Shown here in pieces: positions 1 through 8,163 of a DNA stretch of 36,232 nt (positions are counted from its first letter, which is position 1; each line of letters opens with the position of its first letter). The DNA comes from Thermoproteota archaeon (GTDB lineage Archaea > Thermoproteota > Thermoprotei_A > Sulfolobales > Ignisphaeraceae): NCBI GenBank assembly GCA_030550585.1, contig JAUQPB010000003.1, positions 1 to 36,232 on the forward strand, in the 5' to 3' direction. Both the position numbers and the translations under genes were made by a program. The notes under the pieces were generated by a model that saw only the letters and a program-made list of their open reading frames with translations, had not been told where the DNA came from and made no database searches.

Positions 1-377
1 AAGTTGTAAATGCCAAAGACACCATATTTATCATAGATATATGGGCCAACGCCTCCACCAGTAGCACTTTGACCTGCTTTTCCAGCAACAGTAAATCCAT
101 CATTATTGCTTGAGGGATTTACAGGATCGACAATATCTCTCAAATACACTGCATACCATTCATGATATCCAGCCTGTGTATATCCAGCGAATTTATATAC
201 TTCATAGTAATAATATATGTTACCATAAGAACTACTTTGATAGCCATAACCAACCAATATCAAATTCCAATTTTGTTGTGTCACACCAGCATTTACATCA
301 GGCAAGCATAGTATTGCTAACAGGCCTAAAAGAGCTAGCAGAACCGACAGATGCGCTCTGCCTATCGCCCTCATCAT
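1..377 (-). CDS. Secreted/surface hypothetical protein, 3' end outside the window (not in ORF track)
   Basis: Manual translation from ATG at 377: MMRAIGRAHLSVLLALLGLLAILCLPDVNAGVTQQNWNLILVGYGYQSSSYGNIYYYEVYKF..., open to position 1. Signal-peptide-like N-terminus ending in VNA; GGGGTGA RBS upstream; starts 10 nt after the stop of 388..1122. Confidence 0.8.
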   Translation of the reverse strand, partial: MMRAIGRAHLSVLLALLGLLAILCLPDVNAGVTQQNWNLILVGYGYQSSSYGNIYYYYEVYKFAGYTQAGYHEWYAVYLRDIVDPVNPSSNNDGFTVAGKAGQSATGGGVGPYIYDKYGVFGIYN

Positions 378-387
378 ACTCACCCCT

Positions 388-1122
388 TCACCTCCCAGGT
401 ACTAAATCATTTTCTGCTTTTACAACTAACATTAGGGTATTAAGCAATGCCTTTTGGATTGCATCATCTATGTTGTTGAAGTCGTCGATATGCACTGTGC
501 CTGTAAAATCGATTGGAACTAGCCGCCCATCTATGTTCCTATATGTCCTGCCTACAACGATTAACAAATTCTGTGATATGGTTTCGGCTCTTCCATCTTT
601 ATACTGTTTTGTGATTGTAACTCTAGATTCGCTAATGTAGCTGAGTGGTGGGTCAAATAATTTACTAATACTCTGAATTACTCTTGAATCATTTGCTACA
701 AAAAGTATGTAGTTGCTGCCTCGTGCAAGTCCACGAAGAACATCGATGTTTCTAGCAGAAGAATTTATCTCTTTCAACACCTCCTCGTCTAACAGATTCA
801 ATATGACTATAGACGGCTTCCAAAGTTCGCTACCAGCAAGCGTGGATACACTACCACATCTTGTTGTCGAAGCGTTAATGTTCTTATAAGTCAAGATTTT
901 CTGCAGGTTTTTGTACAGCACACTGCTATTGTGTTCTACAACTATGAAGCTCCATTTATTAAGGAGTTGCAAATCAATACCAGCTTCAACGTCGCTTTTC
1001 GGGATTACACTATTTTCCTTGCTTGCAATTGCAGATGAATATATCAAACCACCAATTATTGACAAGCCTATGACAATCAACACTATGCTAACCTTATTAT
1101 TTAGCCTAATCATAGAGAACAA
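388..1122 (-). CDS. Hypothetical protein with N-terminal membrane anchor/signal
   Basis: 244-aa ORF; hydrophobic segment VSIVLIVIGLSIIGGLIY; GGGGTG RBS before TTG; AT-rich. Confidence 0.75.
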   Translation of the reverse strand: MFSMIRLNNKVSIVLIVIGLSIIGGLIYSSAIASKENSVIPKSDVEAGIDLQLLNKWSFIVVEHNSSVLYKNLQKILTYKNINASTTRCGSVSTLAGSELWKPSIVILNLLDEEVLKEINSSARNIDVLRGLARGSNYILFVANDSRVIQSISKLFDPPLSYISESRVTITKQYKDGRAETISQNLLIVVGRTYRNIDGRLVPIDFTGTVHIDDFNNIDDAIQKALLNTLMLVVKAENDLVPGR

Positions 1123-1384
1123 CTTTACACCCCAAGTTATAAAGTTAAGATAAGAAAGTTAAAAAAACTTTTATGACAGTATTTGTTTTCCCTCTATAGC
1201 AATGCTTTTTACTACAGGCCTTCGTATGCCTATTATATTTACTTCCCTCTCCACTCCTCATAGCCTACACCACTGGTTTCCACAGATTTGAATGTTGGAG
1301 TGTTGCTTGAAATGAATATTTATACGATATAGCTATGGGTGTGATGGTCTTGTGTTTTTCCGCTGAGAGAATAGCTCTCGGGGT

Positions 1385-2421
1385 TTACCGCTGGTACTTG
1401 AAGTAGGTGTTGTCATTCCTCTTATCCACGTGTTCCTCGGGCATAACAATGTATTTAGCGATTGAGTGTGCTTGTGCGGGGTTGTAGTTTACCTCTGCTA
1501 CTAACTCTCCATAGATGGTTTCTAGCCTAAATCCCCCGGTGTTATCGGGGTAGACAGCTATATATAGTATTAGTGGCGATCCCTAAGCTAGCCGTCCCAT
1601 GGTTTTAAGTATGTAGTGTATTTTCCTCGCTTCTCTGTAACTGTCATGGAAGCACGCCTTTATTAGGCCGCCTACTGGCTGCACGTGTACGAACTCCTGC
1701 CTGAAGCCCATATCCCGAAGTATTTCCGCTAGCCTTTCGGAGCGGAAGTAGTGGTAGTTGGGTTTAGCCTTCTTCTCCCAGTAGATGAATATGTCGTCAA
1801 TCCACAGTACCCATCTTCCATTCTCCCGCGTGCCTACGAGGGTGTGCTGTATTAGCCCCAGCGCTCTTCGTGTCTGACCCTGCTCTACTAGCCTTTCAGC
1901 AATGCGAAGCACCCTCTTGACAGCTAGTGGAATGGTCTTCTCCCTTGCGGTGCCTCTGCCTTCTGCTTCCGAATCCGTGGCAAGTGTCTCTAGCAATTGT
2001 TTGGCACCCTTCCGGCCGCTTCTAACCCGTTTAGCATCTATTAGCTCTAGGATTAGCTCCTCATCGTCTACAGCGGTGTAGTACCTGCCCTGCCTCTTCA
2101 CGATTATTCCCTTGTTCGCCATCATCTCGATGAGGTCTCCGACCGTGCCGTTGCTCACCTCCCTGCGTTTGAAGAACTCGTAGATGGCCTTTATGTCGAT
2201 GAAGCTCATTCCTCTATCTCGTAGAAAGCTGCTTAGGAGGAACCAGATGACGTACTGTATCCCATTGATGAAAGTCTAAATATATTATAGTAGCTTAGCA
2301 GTATGTGCAGGTAATTCACTACCTCTACTGGGAGGCTATGCGGCATTATGACGAGCACTAGGTTTATGGTGCCGAGAACCTCGTTGAACGTACTCCTAGC
2401 GATAACTTGGAATGGGTACAT
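1385..2421 (-). pseudogene. Disrupted winged-helix-containing protein, probably from a mobile element
   Basis: ORF 2233..2421 joins ORF 1583..2209 through a 1-nt frameshift near 2276 (...YNIFR/TFINGIQYVIWFLLSSFLRDRGMSFIDI...). Reading through the TAG at 1583-1585 gives 65 more sense codons (GSPLILYIAVYPDNTGGFRLE...YFKYQR) to TAA at 1385. wHTH-like segment VSNGTVGDLIEMMANKGIIVKRQGRYY. Confidence 0.65.
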
Positions 2422-2637
2422 CCCTAGTTTGTTTTGTTTTCTAGGAACCCCCTATACGGGGGTTATGTTCCTCTCTTGCCGGGGGTTGATACGGCATAAG
2501 CATCAACAGCATAATAATTATCATCAACAACGGTATCAATAATGCTTGGTAATGTTTTAGAGCTAATAACCTATAACCCTTCTAGAAAATAGGTATAAAA
2601 ACTTATCGGGAACTGCCTCAATTCTTTGTATGTTTTG

Positions 2638-2715
2638 TGGCGGGCCCGGGGGGATTCGAACCCCCGACCACCGGCTTAGGAGGCCGGCGCTCTGTCCTGG
2701 CTGAGCTACGGGCCC
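2638..2715 (-). tRNA. tRNA-Arg(CCT), intronless, CCA encoded
   Basis: GGGCCCG/CGGGCCC acceptor stem; anticodon arm CCGGC-CTCCTAA-GCCGG; T-loop GTTCGAATC; 3' GCCA. Confidence 0.97.
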
Positions 2716-2732
2716 GCTAGATCTGTTTGTGC

Positions 2733-3593
2733 CTAGGTTTTTATTTTTTCATAGGCTTGCTTGAATAGTATTGCGTCTTCTTCTAGGTTTGGTGATTCGC
2801 TTATTACAACGCCTTTTACGTTGTATTCTTTTAGTGTTTTTGCGAGGTCTTGGTAGTTGAAGTCTGATTCTCTTAGGTTTAGATGTTTTATCTCTCCTTT
2901 TTCCCCGTATTCTATTCCGCTTATGTGTATATGCATGTTTTGGAGTGCCTCTTTCCCGAGTCTCTGCTCGATTGTGTTTAGAACTTCTTTGAATTCCTCG
3001 TATGTGTTGTATCTCCCATTTGTTCTTGCATGCAGGTGTGCAAAGTCTATGCAGGGTAGCACAAGATCTCCAACTTCTTCGGCTAGCTTCACAACCTCTT
3101 CTAGAGACCCTATCTCCGCTACACCCCCCATAAGCTCTGGTCTAACCCATATGTCCACACCCTCGTCTCTAAGGGCCTTGACAACTCTTTTCAGAGCCTC
3201 TCTAACATTTCTATAGGCTTCTTCGCTTGGCGACGAACCGTAGTAGCCACTGTGGAATACAACACTCCACGCACCGGCCTTGAACCCTATTCTAGCACTC
3301 TCCAATATCCTGTTTATGCTTGCCTCAACCTTTGATGGGTCACCGGAGTTTAGATTTATGTAGTATGGTGCGTGAACTGTTAGGAGAACTCCAAGGCTAG
3401 AGGCGAGCTCCCTAACCTCAGCAGCCATTTCATCACCCATTCTAACACCTCGCACAAACTCAATCTCCATAGCATCTAAGCCAAGTTCCCAAACCCTCTT
3501 AACACCATTTGGCGTAGACTTCCTGGGAGTCGAATTGGGTATCCCAGCCGTGCCTATGAAAAGCTTTGGAACGTCCCTTGGCATAGAGCCCAC
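2733..3593 (-). CDS. nfo: Endonuclease IV / AP endonuclease family 2 (TIM barrel)
   Basis: Motifs TVHAPYYINLNS, VVFHSG, RPE, CIDFAHLHA, HIHISGI, HL, ISESP. True start may be ATG at 3584. Confidence 0.88.
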   Translation of the reverse strand: MGSMPRDVPKLFIGTAGIPNSTPRKSTPNGVKRVWELGLDAMEIEFVRGVRMGDEMAAEVRELASSLGVLLTVHAPYYINLNSGDPSKVEASINRILESARIGFKAGAWSVVFHSGYYGSSPSEEAYRNVREALKRVVKALRDEGVDIWVRPELMGGVAEIGSLEEVVKLAEEVGDLVLPCIDFAHLHARTNGRYNTYEEFKEVLNTIEQRLGKEALQNMHIHISGIEYGEKGEIKHLNLRESDFNYQDLAKTLKEYNVKGVVISESPNLEEDAILFKQAYEKIKT

Positions 3594-3868
3594 AACAAAA
3601 TGTATTGCTTGGAGAACTCAAAAACTCTATCACCATAAAACCATTTGCCTAGGCTCACACTTGCAACACCTCAGTATAAGCTTGGGGTGTCACAGGCGAT
3701 GGCATCCGATTTGTGATTTTGGTAAGAACCCAAAAACGCTGGTTCAACATGCAATAGCTAATGTTGTATATAAACTAAGTGAACTAACTAAAAAAGTGAT
3801 GGGACAAGAGATTCTGCTGACTTCTATACAGCCTGTACCGATCCATAGACAAAAATGCTATTTCGAGG

Positions 3869-4831
3869 CTATTTCTTTGTATATAGCCAGCACTTGACTT
3901 TGGCTTTGCCTAGGTCTACCATGGGGGGCTCCTCCCTCCTACAGATATCCATTGCATACGGGCATCTATCTGCAAAGACACAGCCAACACCTGTAGCGCC
4001 TAGTGCTAGAGAGCCCACGCCATATTCTATTTTGCTGTCCCACTTCTTGTCTATTCTGGGGATAGCTTTGGCGAGCATCTGGGTGTATGGGTGGGATGGC
4101 TCATTGAGTATCTCGGCCGGCCCCTCCTCTACTATCTGCCCTCTGTAGAGCACGACAACCCTGTCACTGGCATATCTTGTTAGGCCTAGGTCGTGGCCTA
4201 TTATAGCTACTGTAAGCCCCTCAGTCTCTTTGAGGTCTATGAATATGTTGAGAATGTCTATTCTTGTAGAGGCGTCTATCATAGAAACAGGCTCGTCAGC
4301 TATTATCACCTCTGGCTTTACCAAAAGTGCCCTGGCTATGGAGAGCCTCTGGAGCTGTCCGCCGCTAAACTCGTGTGGGTATCTACCTGCGACTTCTGAA
4401 ATGTTTAGCCCCACCTTCTCCAGGGCTGTGCTAATCTCTCTATCTATGTCTTCTGGGGGTAGAGTTGGGTAGTAGTTTTTCATTACATCTCTTAATACGT
4501 CCAAAACCCTTCTTCTTGGGTTGAAGCTTGCGTAGGGGTCTTGAAACACCCCCTGCACATGCCTATAGTATTCCTTTAGCCCCTTGGACCCTTTGAACTC
4601 CTTTATGTCCCTCCCTCTATAGAGTATTCTCCCATACGATGGCGAATATATCTTTAGAATCATTTTAGCTATAGTGGATTTACCGCTACCAGACTCTCCT
4701 AGAATGCCTAGTGTCTCACCTTTTCTAATCTCCATGTTCACTCTGTCAACAGCTTTGATAACTGTTTTTCCTAGGAGCCCAAGCCTGAACGTTTTTGATA
4801 CATTCTCAAGCTTTATTATAGACTCGCTCAT
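3869..4831 (-). CDS. oppF: Opp/Dpp-family ABC transporter ATP-binding subunit (OppF-like)
   Basis: Walker A GESGSGKS, signature FSGGQLQR, Walker B IIADEP, HPYT motif, C-terminal Cys cluster. Confidence 0.9.
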   Translation of the reverse strand: MSESIIKLENVSKTFRLGLLGKTVIKAVDRVNMEIRKGETLGILGESGSGKSTIAKMILKIYSPSYGRILYRGRDIKEFKGSKGLKEYYRHVQGVFQDPYASFNPRRRVLDVLRDVMKNYYPTLPPEDIDREISTALEKVGLNISEVAGRYPHEFSGGQLQRLSIARALLVKPEVIIADEPVSMIDASTRIDILNIFIDLKETEGLTVAIIGHDLGLTRYASDRVVVLYRGQIVEEGPAEILNEPSHPYTQMLAKAIPRIDKKWDSKIEYGVGSLALGATGVGCVFADRCPYAMDICRREEPPMVDLGKAKVKCWLYTKK

Positions 4832-4842
4832 GTGGTCTCACC

Positions 4843-5823
4843 TCACTTTTTTGCATAGAGCCAGCATGCAACAAAACGCCCCTTCTCAACCTCTATCATA
4901 GGCGGCTCCTCCCTCCTACAAACATCCATTGCATATGGGCACCTAGGATGGAACCTACAGCCAGGCGGAGGATTGATAAGACTTGGTGGAGAGCCTGCCA
5001 ATCCAGATAGCCTAGTTGCTTTGTAGGATTGTTCAACTGTTGGAACAGACTTGATCAGCATGGCTGTGTAGGGGTGTAGAGGAGATGATACAACATTTTC
5101 GAGGGGCCCTACCTCCACTATCTTCCCTGCATACATTGTTGCAATCCTATCTGCTATTTGCCTAATAGACGCAATGTCGTGTGTTATAAACATCAGCGAG
5201 CCAGCTATCTTCTGGTTGACAAGGTCTCTCAGCAGTTCGAGTACATATCTTTGTGTAACAACATCGAGTGCCGATGTGGGCTCGTCGGCTATCAGCAAAT
5301 CCGGATTAAACAGCGTTGCAATAGATATAACTACTCGTTGTTTCATACCACCCGAAAGCTGTATTGGATACATGTCGAGGACTTCTCGTGGCAGGTTAAC
5401 AAGTTTGAGTCTCTCCACGAACTTCTCCACAAGCTCTTCATATTCAACGCCTTTATCTTTTGCAAGGTCTTTGATAAAGACTTTAATTTTTTTGATTGCT
5501 GGTAGAGCGTCCATGACATATTGGGGTATGAGGGCAATGTTTTTAAGTAGAACCTCTCTGCGCTTATTGCTATCGATTTTTGCTAGATCTATTTCTCCGA
5601 GGAGTTTGGCCGAGCCTCCCGCTATGAACATTGGTGGCTTGGGTAGTACAAGGGATTGTACCATAGTTGATTTTCCACAGCCGCTTTCACCGATAATGCC
5701 CAGAACCTCCCCTCGTCTAACCTCTAGATCTACACCATCAACAGCTCTGACAATTCCTGTAAACGTCTTGTAGTAAACCTTGTACTCCTTTAGCCTAAGG
5801 ACGGTGGCGCTCATAGACCCCAC
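4843..5823 (-). CDS. oppD: Opp/Dpp-family ABC transporter ATP-binding subunit (OppD-like)
   Basis: GESGCGKS, LSGGMKQR, LIADEPTSALD, HPYT, GCRFHPRCP...C...C. Likely start ATG at 5814. Confidence 0.9.
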   Translation of the reverse strand: MGSMSATVLRLKEYKVYYKTFTGIVRAVDGVDLEVRRGEVLGIIGESGCGKSTMVQSLVLPKPPMFIAGGSAKLLGEIDLAKIDSNKRREVLLKNIALIPQYVMDALPAIKKIKVFIKDLAKDKGVEYEELVEKFVERLKLVNLPREVLDMYPIQLSGGMKQRVVISIATLFNPDLLIADEPTSALDVVTQRYVLELLRDLVNQKIAGSLMFITHDIASIRQIADRIATMYAGKIVEVGPLENVVSSPLHPYTAMLIKSVPTVEQSYKATRLSGLAGSPPSLINPPPGCRFHPRCPYAMDVCRREEPPMIEVEKGRFVACWLYAKK

Positions 5824-5826
5824 CCC

Positions 5827-6957
5827 CTATGCTTTTCTCAGTCTTGGGTTAAACACCTCTTCTAGTGACAAAACCATTAGATAGAGTGATGCAATCATAG
5901 CAACAACTATTGCACCGGGTATGAATAGCGTCCACCAGTTGCCTGACCAGTGCTCACCAAGCATTAGATACTGGTTGATTCTGGCGAACAAAGACCATTC
6001 AGCAGCTTTTATGCCTAAGAACTCCAGAGTCACAACAGTTCCTAGAGCATTTGCCAGCTGTATCACAAAGACTAGGAATATGTATGACGCTATATTCGGC
6101 AGAATATCCTTAAATATTATCTTTATGGTAGAGTTCCCGCTCAGCATCGATACAGACACAAAGTCGCTTGCCTTCAGCGCCGATACTTGTGCTCTAACAG
6201 CTCTCGATACCCATTGCCACGATAGAAGCCCCACAGTGAGACCCAGGAACACCATATTCTGAACCTCTCTGCCTACAGCAGATCCTCCAACCACATAGAA
6301 AAGTCCTATCATCAGCATTAGGAAGACTGTTGGTATGGCTATCAACAAATTCGTTATAGCATCAATTAGAGCATCGACCCAGCCACCCATGTATCCAGCC
6401 AACAGACCTAGTACCGTACCAACAATGGTTGCTACAATAGCTGCTATAACGCCAACGCTTAGCGAGACCCTCAGACCATAGACAGTTGATGAGAAAACAT
6501 CGTAGCCTTGTTTATCTACGCCAAAGGGGAAGTCTAGAGACGGTGGCTTAGATCTTATATAGGCCACAACCATCATTTTTGATGGATCATAGCACTCTAT
6601 TCTGGGTATTGGCTGTGTATATATTTTGACTTGCATGCCCTGGCTTTTACATTCTTCAGCTAGAGTATTAAGCTCTGTTGTGTTTGTTGTGTTGGATAGC
6701 TGCTTGATAATGCTATACATGCTTATAGAGATGTCTGCAGGTGCCAGACCATACCTTTCCCTAAGCTCTTCTGCAACCCTATTGGCATCAGACGCATTGA
6801 CAATACGAACTATAGTCACAGTTTCTTGTGGCCCATATTTAGCGAATAGGGGGCCTACAATAGCTAGGAGCACCACGAAAAGTACTATGCCTAGACATAT
6901 CCAAAATCCTATATTCCTCTTAAGCAGTAGCCACACAACACTCCTCTCCTTGTCCAT
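5827..6957 (-). CDS. oppC: Opp/Dpp-family ABC permease (OppC-like) with a long extracytoplasmic insertion
   Basis: PPS..FPFGVDKQGYDVFS motif, multiple TM helices, EAA-like loop, C-terminal NPRLR. Confidence 0.9.
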   Translation of the reverse strand: MDKERSVVWLLLKRNIGFWICLGIVLFVVLLAIVGPLFAKYGPQETVTIVRIVNASDANRVAEELRERYGLAPADISISMYSIIKQLSNTTNTTELNTLAEECKSQGMQVKIYTQPIPRIECYDPSKMMVVAYIRSKPPSLDFPFGVDKQGYDVFSSTVYGLRVSLSVGVIAAIVATIVGTVLGLLAGYMGGWVDALIDAITNLLIAIPTVFLMLMIGLFYVVGGSAVGREVQNMVFLGLTVGLLSWQWVSRAVRAQVSALKASDFVSVSMLSGNSTIKIIFKDILPNIASYIFLVFVIQLANALGTVVTLEFLGIKAAEWSLFARINQYLMLGEHWSGNWWTLFIPGAIVVAMIASLYLMVLSLEEVFNPRLRKA

Positions 6958-6959
6958 GG

Positions 6960-7973
6960 CTACACACCCACAACTCCAAGTCTTATCCTAGGATCGAGCA
7001 GCGAGTATATAAGGTCTACAACAAAGTTTGCTACGATGACCATGGCTGTGTAGACTATTGCTATAGCTTGTATCAAAAACACGTCCCTATAGTTAATGGC
7101 ATAGATCAGCAGGATGCCCACACCAGGATAGTTAAATATGGATGAAACTACTATACCGCCAACTATCACCGTTCCAAGCTGAATCCCAAGACCAGTTATC
7201 TGCGGGTTTATAGCATATCTAAAAGCGTATCCGGCAACCCTCCTATTTGAAAAGCCTAGCGACTCCATGTACCTTGCATAATTAGACTCTAGCTCATAGA
7301 TCATAAGAGTTCTCATACCCGATGCCCAGCCACCCATACTCACAAGAACCATCGATAAAAATGGCAGGGTGTAGGTATTGATAAATCTGGTGAATGTACT
7401 CCAGTTTGGACTAGCTAAAAACGCGTCGATGTCGGTGCTTGTCATGGTTGGTGTAAACACATGATATACAACACCTAATGCATAGCCTAGCAACAGCCCC
7501 ATGAGGAAATACGGCGTCGAAGTCAATATATATATTATCGGTATCAGCACTCTATCAACATTCTTGTATCTAGCGGCCATGGCACCAATCCAGTTGCCTA
7601 AAAACCAGCTAACAATTATAGCTGGAACTAGGAGAATCAGATCGTTCCTCAGTCTAACAGCTATTGTACCAAGTATATCCTCCTGCACCATTGTACTAAC
7701 ACCAAAATACCCTCTAAACAGGTTATACCAAAACATTGCATACTGCTCTAACCACGGTCTATCAAGCCCTAGCTTATGCCTATACGTATCGATTAGCTGT
7801 TTAACTTGTTCAGGAGAAAGCGGAGTACCAGGCGTCATAACAGCTCTTGATATCGCTAACAGCGCTGGATCTCCCGGGGCCAGTCTTATCAATAGCCACA
7901 CAAGCGTTACAGCTACAACAAATACTGCCAGATACATAGCTGCTCTTTTCAGTATATACATTTTCAATGACAA
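6960..7973 (-). CDS. oppB: Opp/Dpp-family ABC permease (OppB-like)
   Basis: APGDPA, LGLDRPWLEQY, IFNYPGVG, DPRIR; multiple TM helices. Confidence 0.9.
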   Translation of the reverse strand: MSLKMYILKRAAMYLAVFVVAVTLVWLLIRLAPGDPALLAISRAVMTPGTPLSPEQVKQLIDTYRHKLGLDRPWLEQYAMFWYNLFRGYFGVSTMVQEDILGTIAVRLRNDLILLVPAIIVSWFLGNWIGAMAARYKNVDRVLIPIIYILTSTPYFLMGLLLGYALGVVYHVFTPTMTSTDIDAFLASPNWSTFTRFINTYTLPFLSMVLVSMGGWASGMRTLMIYELESNYARYMESLGFSNRRVAGYAFRYAINPQITGLGIQLGTVIVGGIVVSSIFNYPGVGILLIYAINYRDVFLIQAIAIVYTAMVIVANFVVDLIYSLLDPRIRLGVVGV

Positions 7974-8100
7974 GCTATACTCACCTACCGCAGTTGTCCA
8001 AAAAGTATCTGGTTAAAAAGCTTATGATACAAATTATTAAAACAATAATGTTATAAACAAGTATTAACAGCATAAACATTACAAATGTTAGAACCAAGAA

Positions 8101-8130
8101 TTTTGTTAAAAATGTTTTTGTTAAAAATGT
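8101..8130. repeat. Exact 15-bp tandem repeat (TTTTGTTAAAAATGT x2) in the AT-rich SBP-oppB spacer
   Basis: Units at 8101-8115 and 8116-8130, followed by degenerate GTTAAAAAAGAG and TTTAAAAAGAG. These give oligo-T runs on the minus strand just after the SBP stop, as expected for a terminator. Confidence 0.7.
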
Positions 8131-8163
8131 GGTTAAAAAAGAGTTTAAAAAGAGTGTTTTGTT

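Noticed and set aside
110-640. 176-aa plus-strand ORF
   Set aside because: Antisense shadow of two minus-strand genes that have RBSs and signal peptides.
1385-2421. Pyrrolysine or programmed readthrough of the TAG at 1583
   Set aside because: Pyrrolysine is not expected in this lineage, and the gene also has a frameshift, so decay is the simpler explanation.
3796-3841. Possible C/D box sRNA (GTGATGG...CTGA...CCGA)
   Set aside because: Imperfect C box, no clear C' box and no identifiable guide target.
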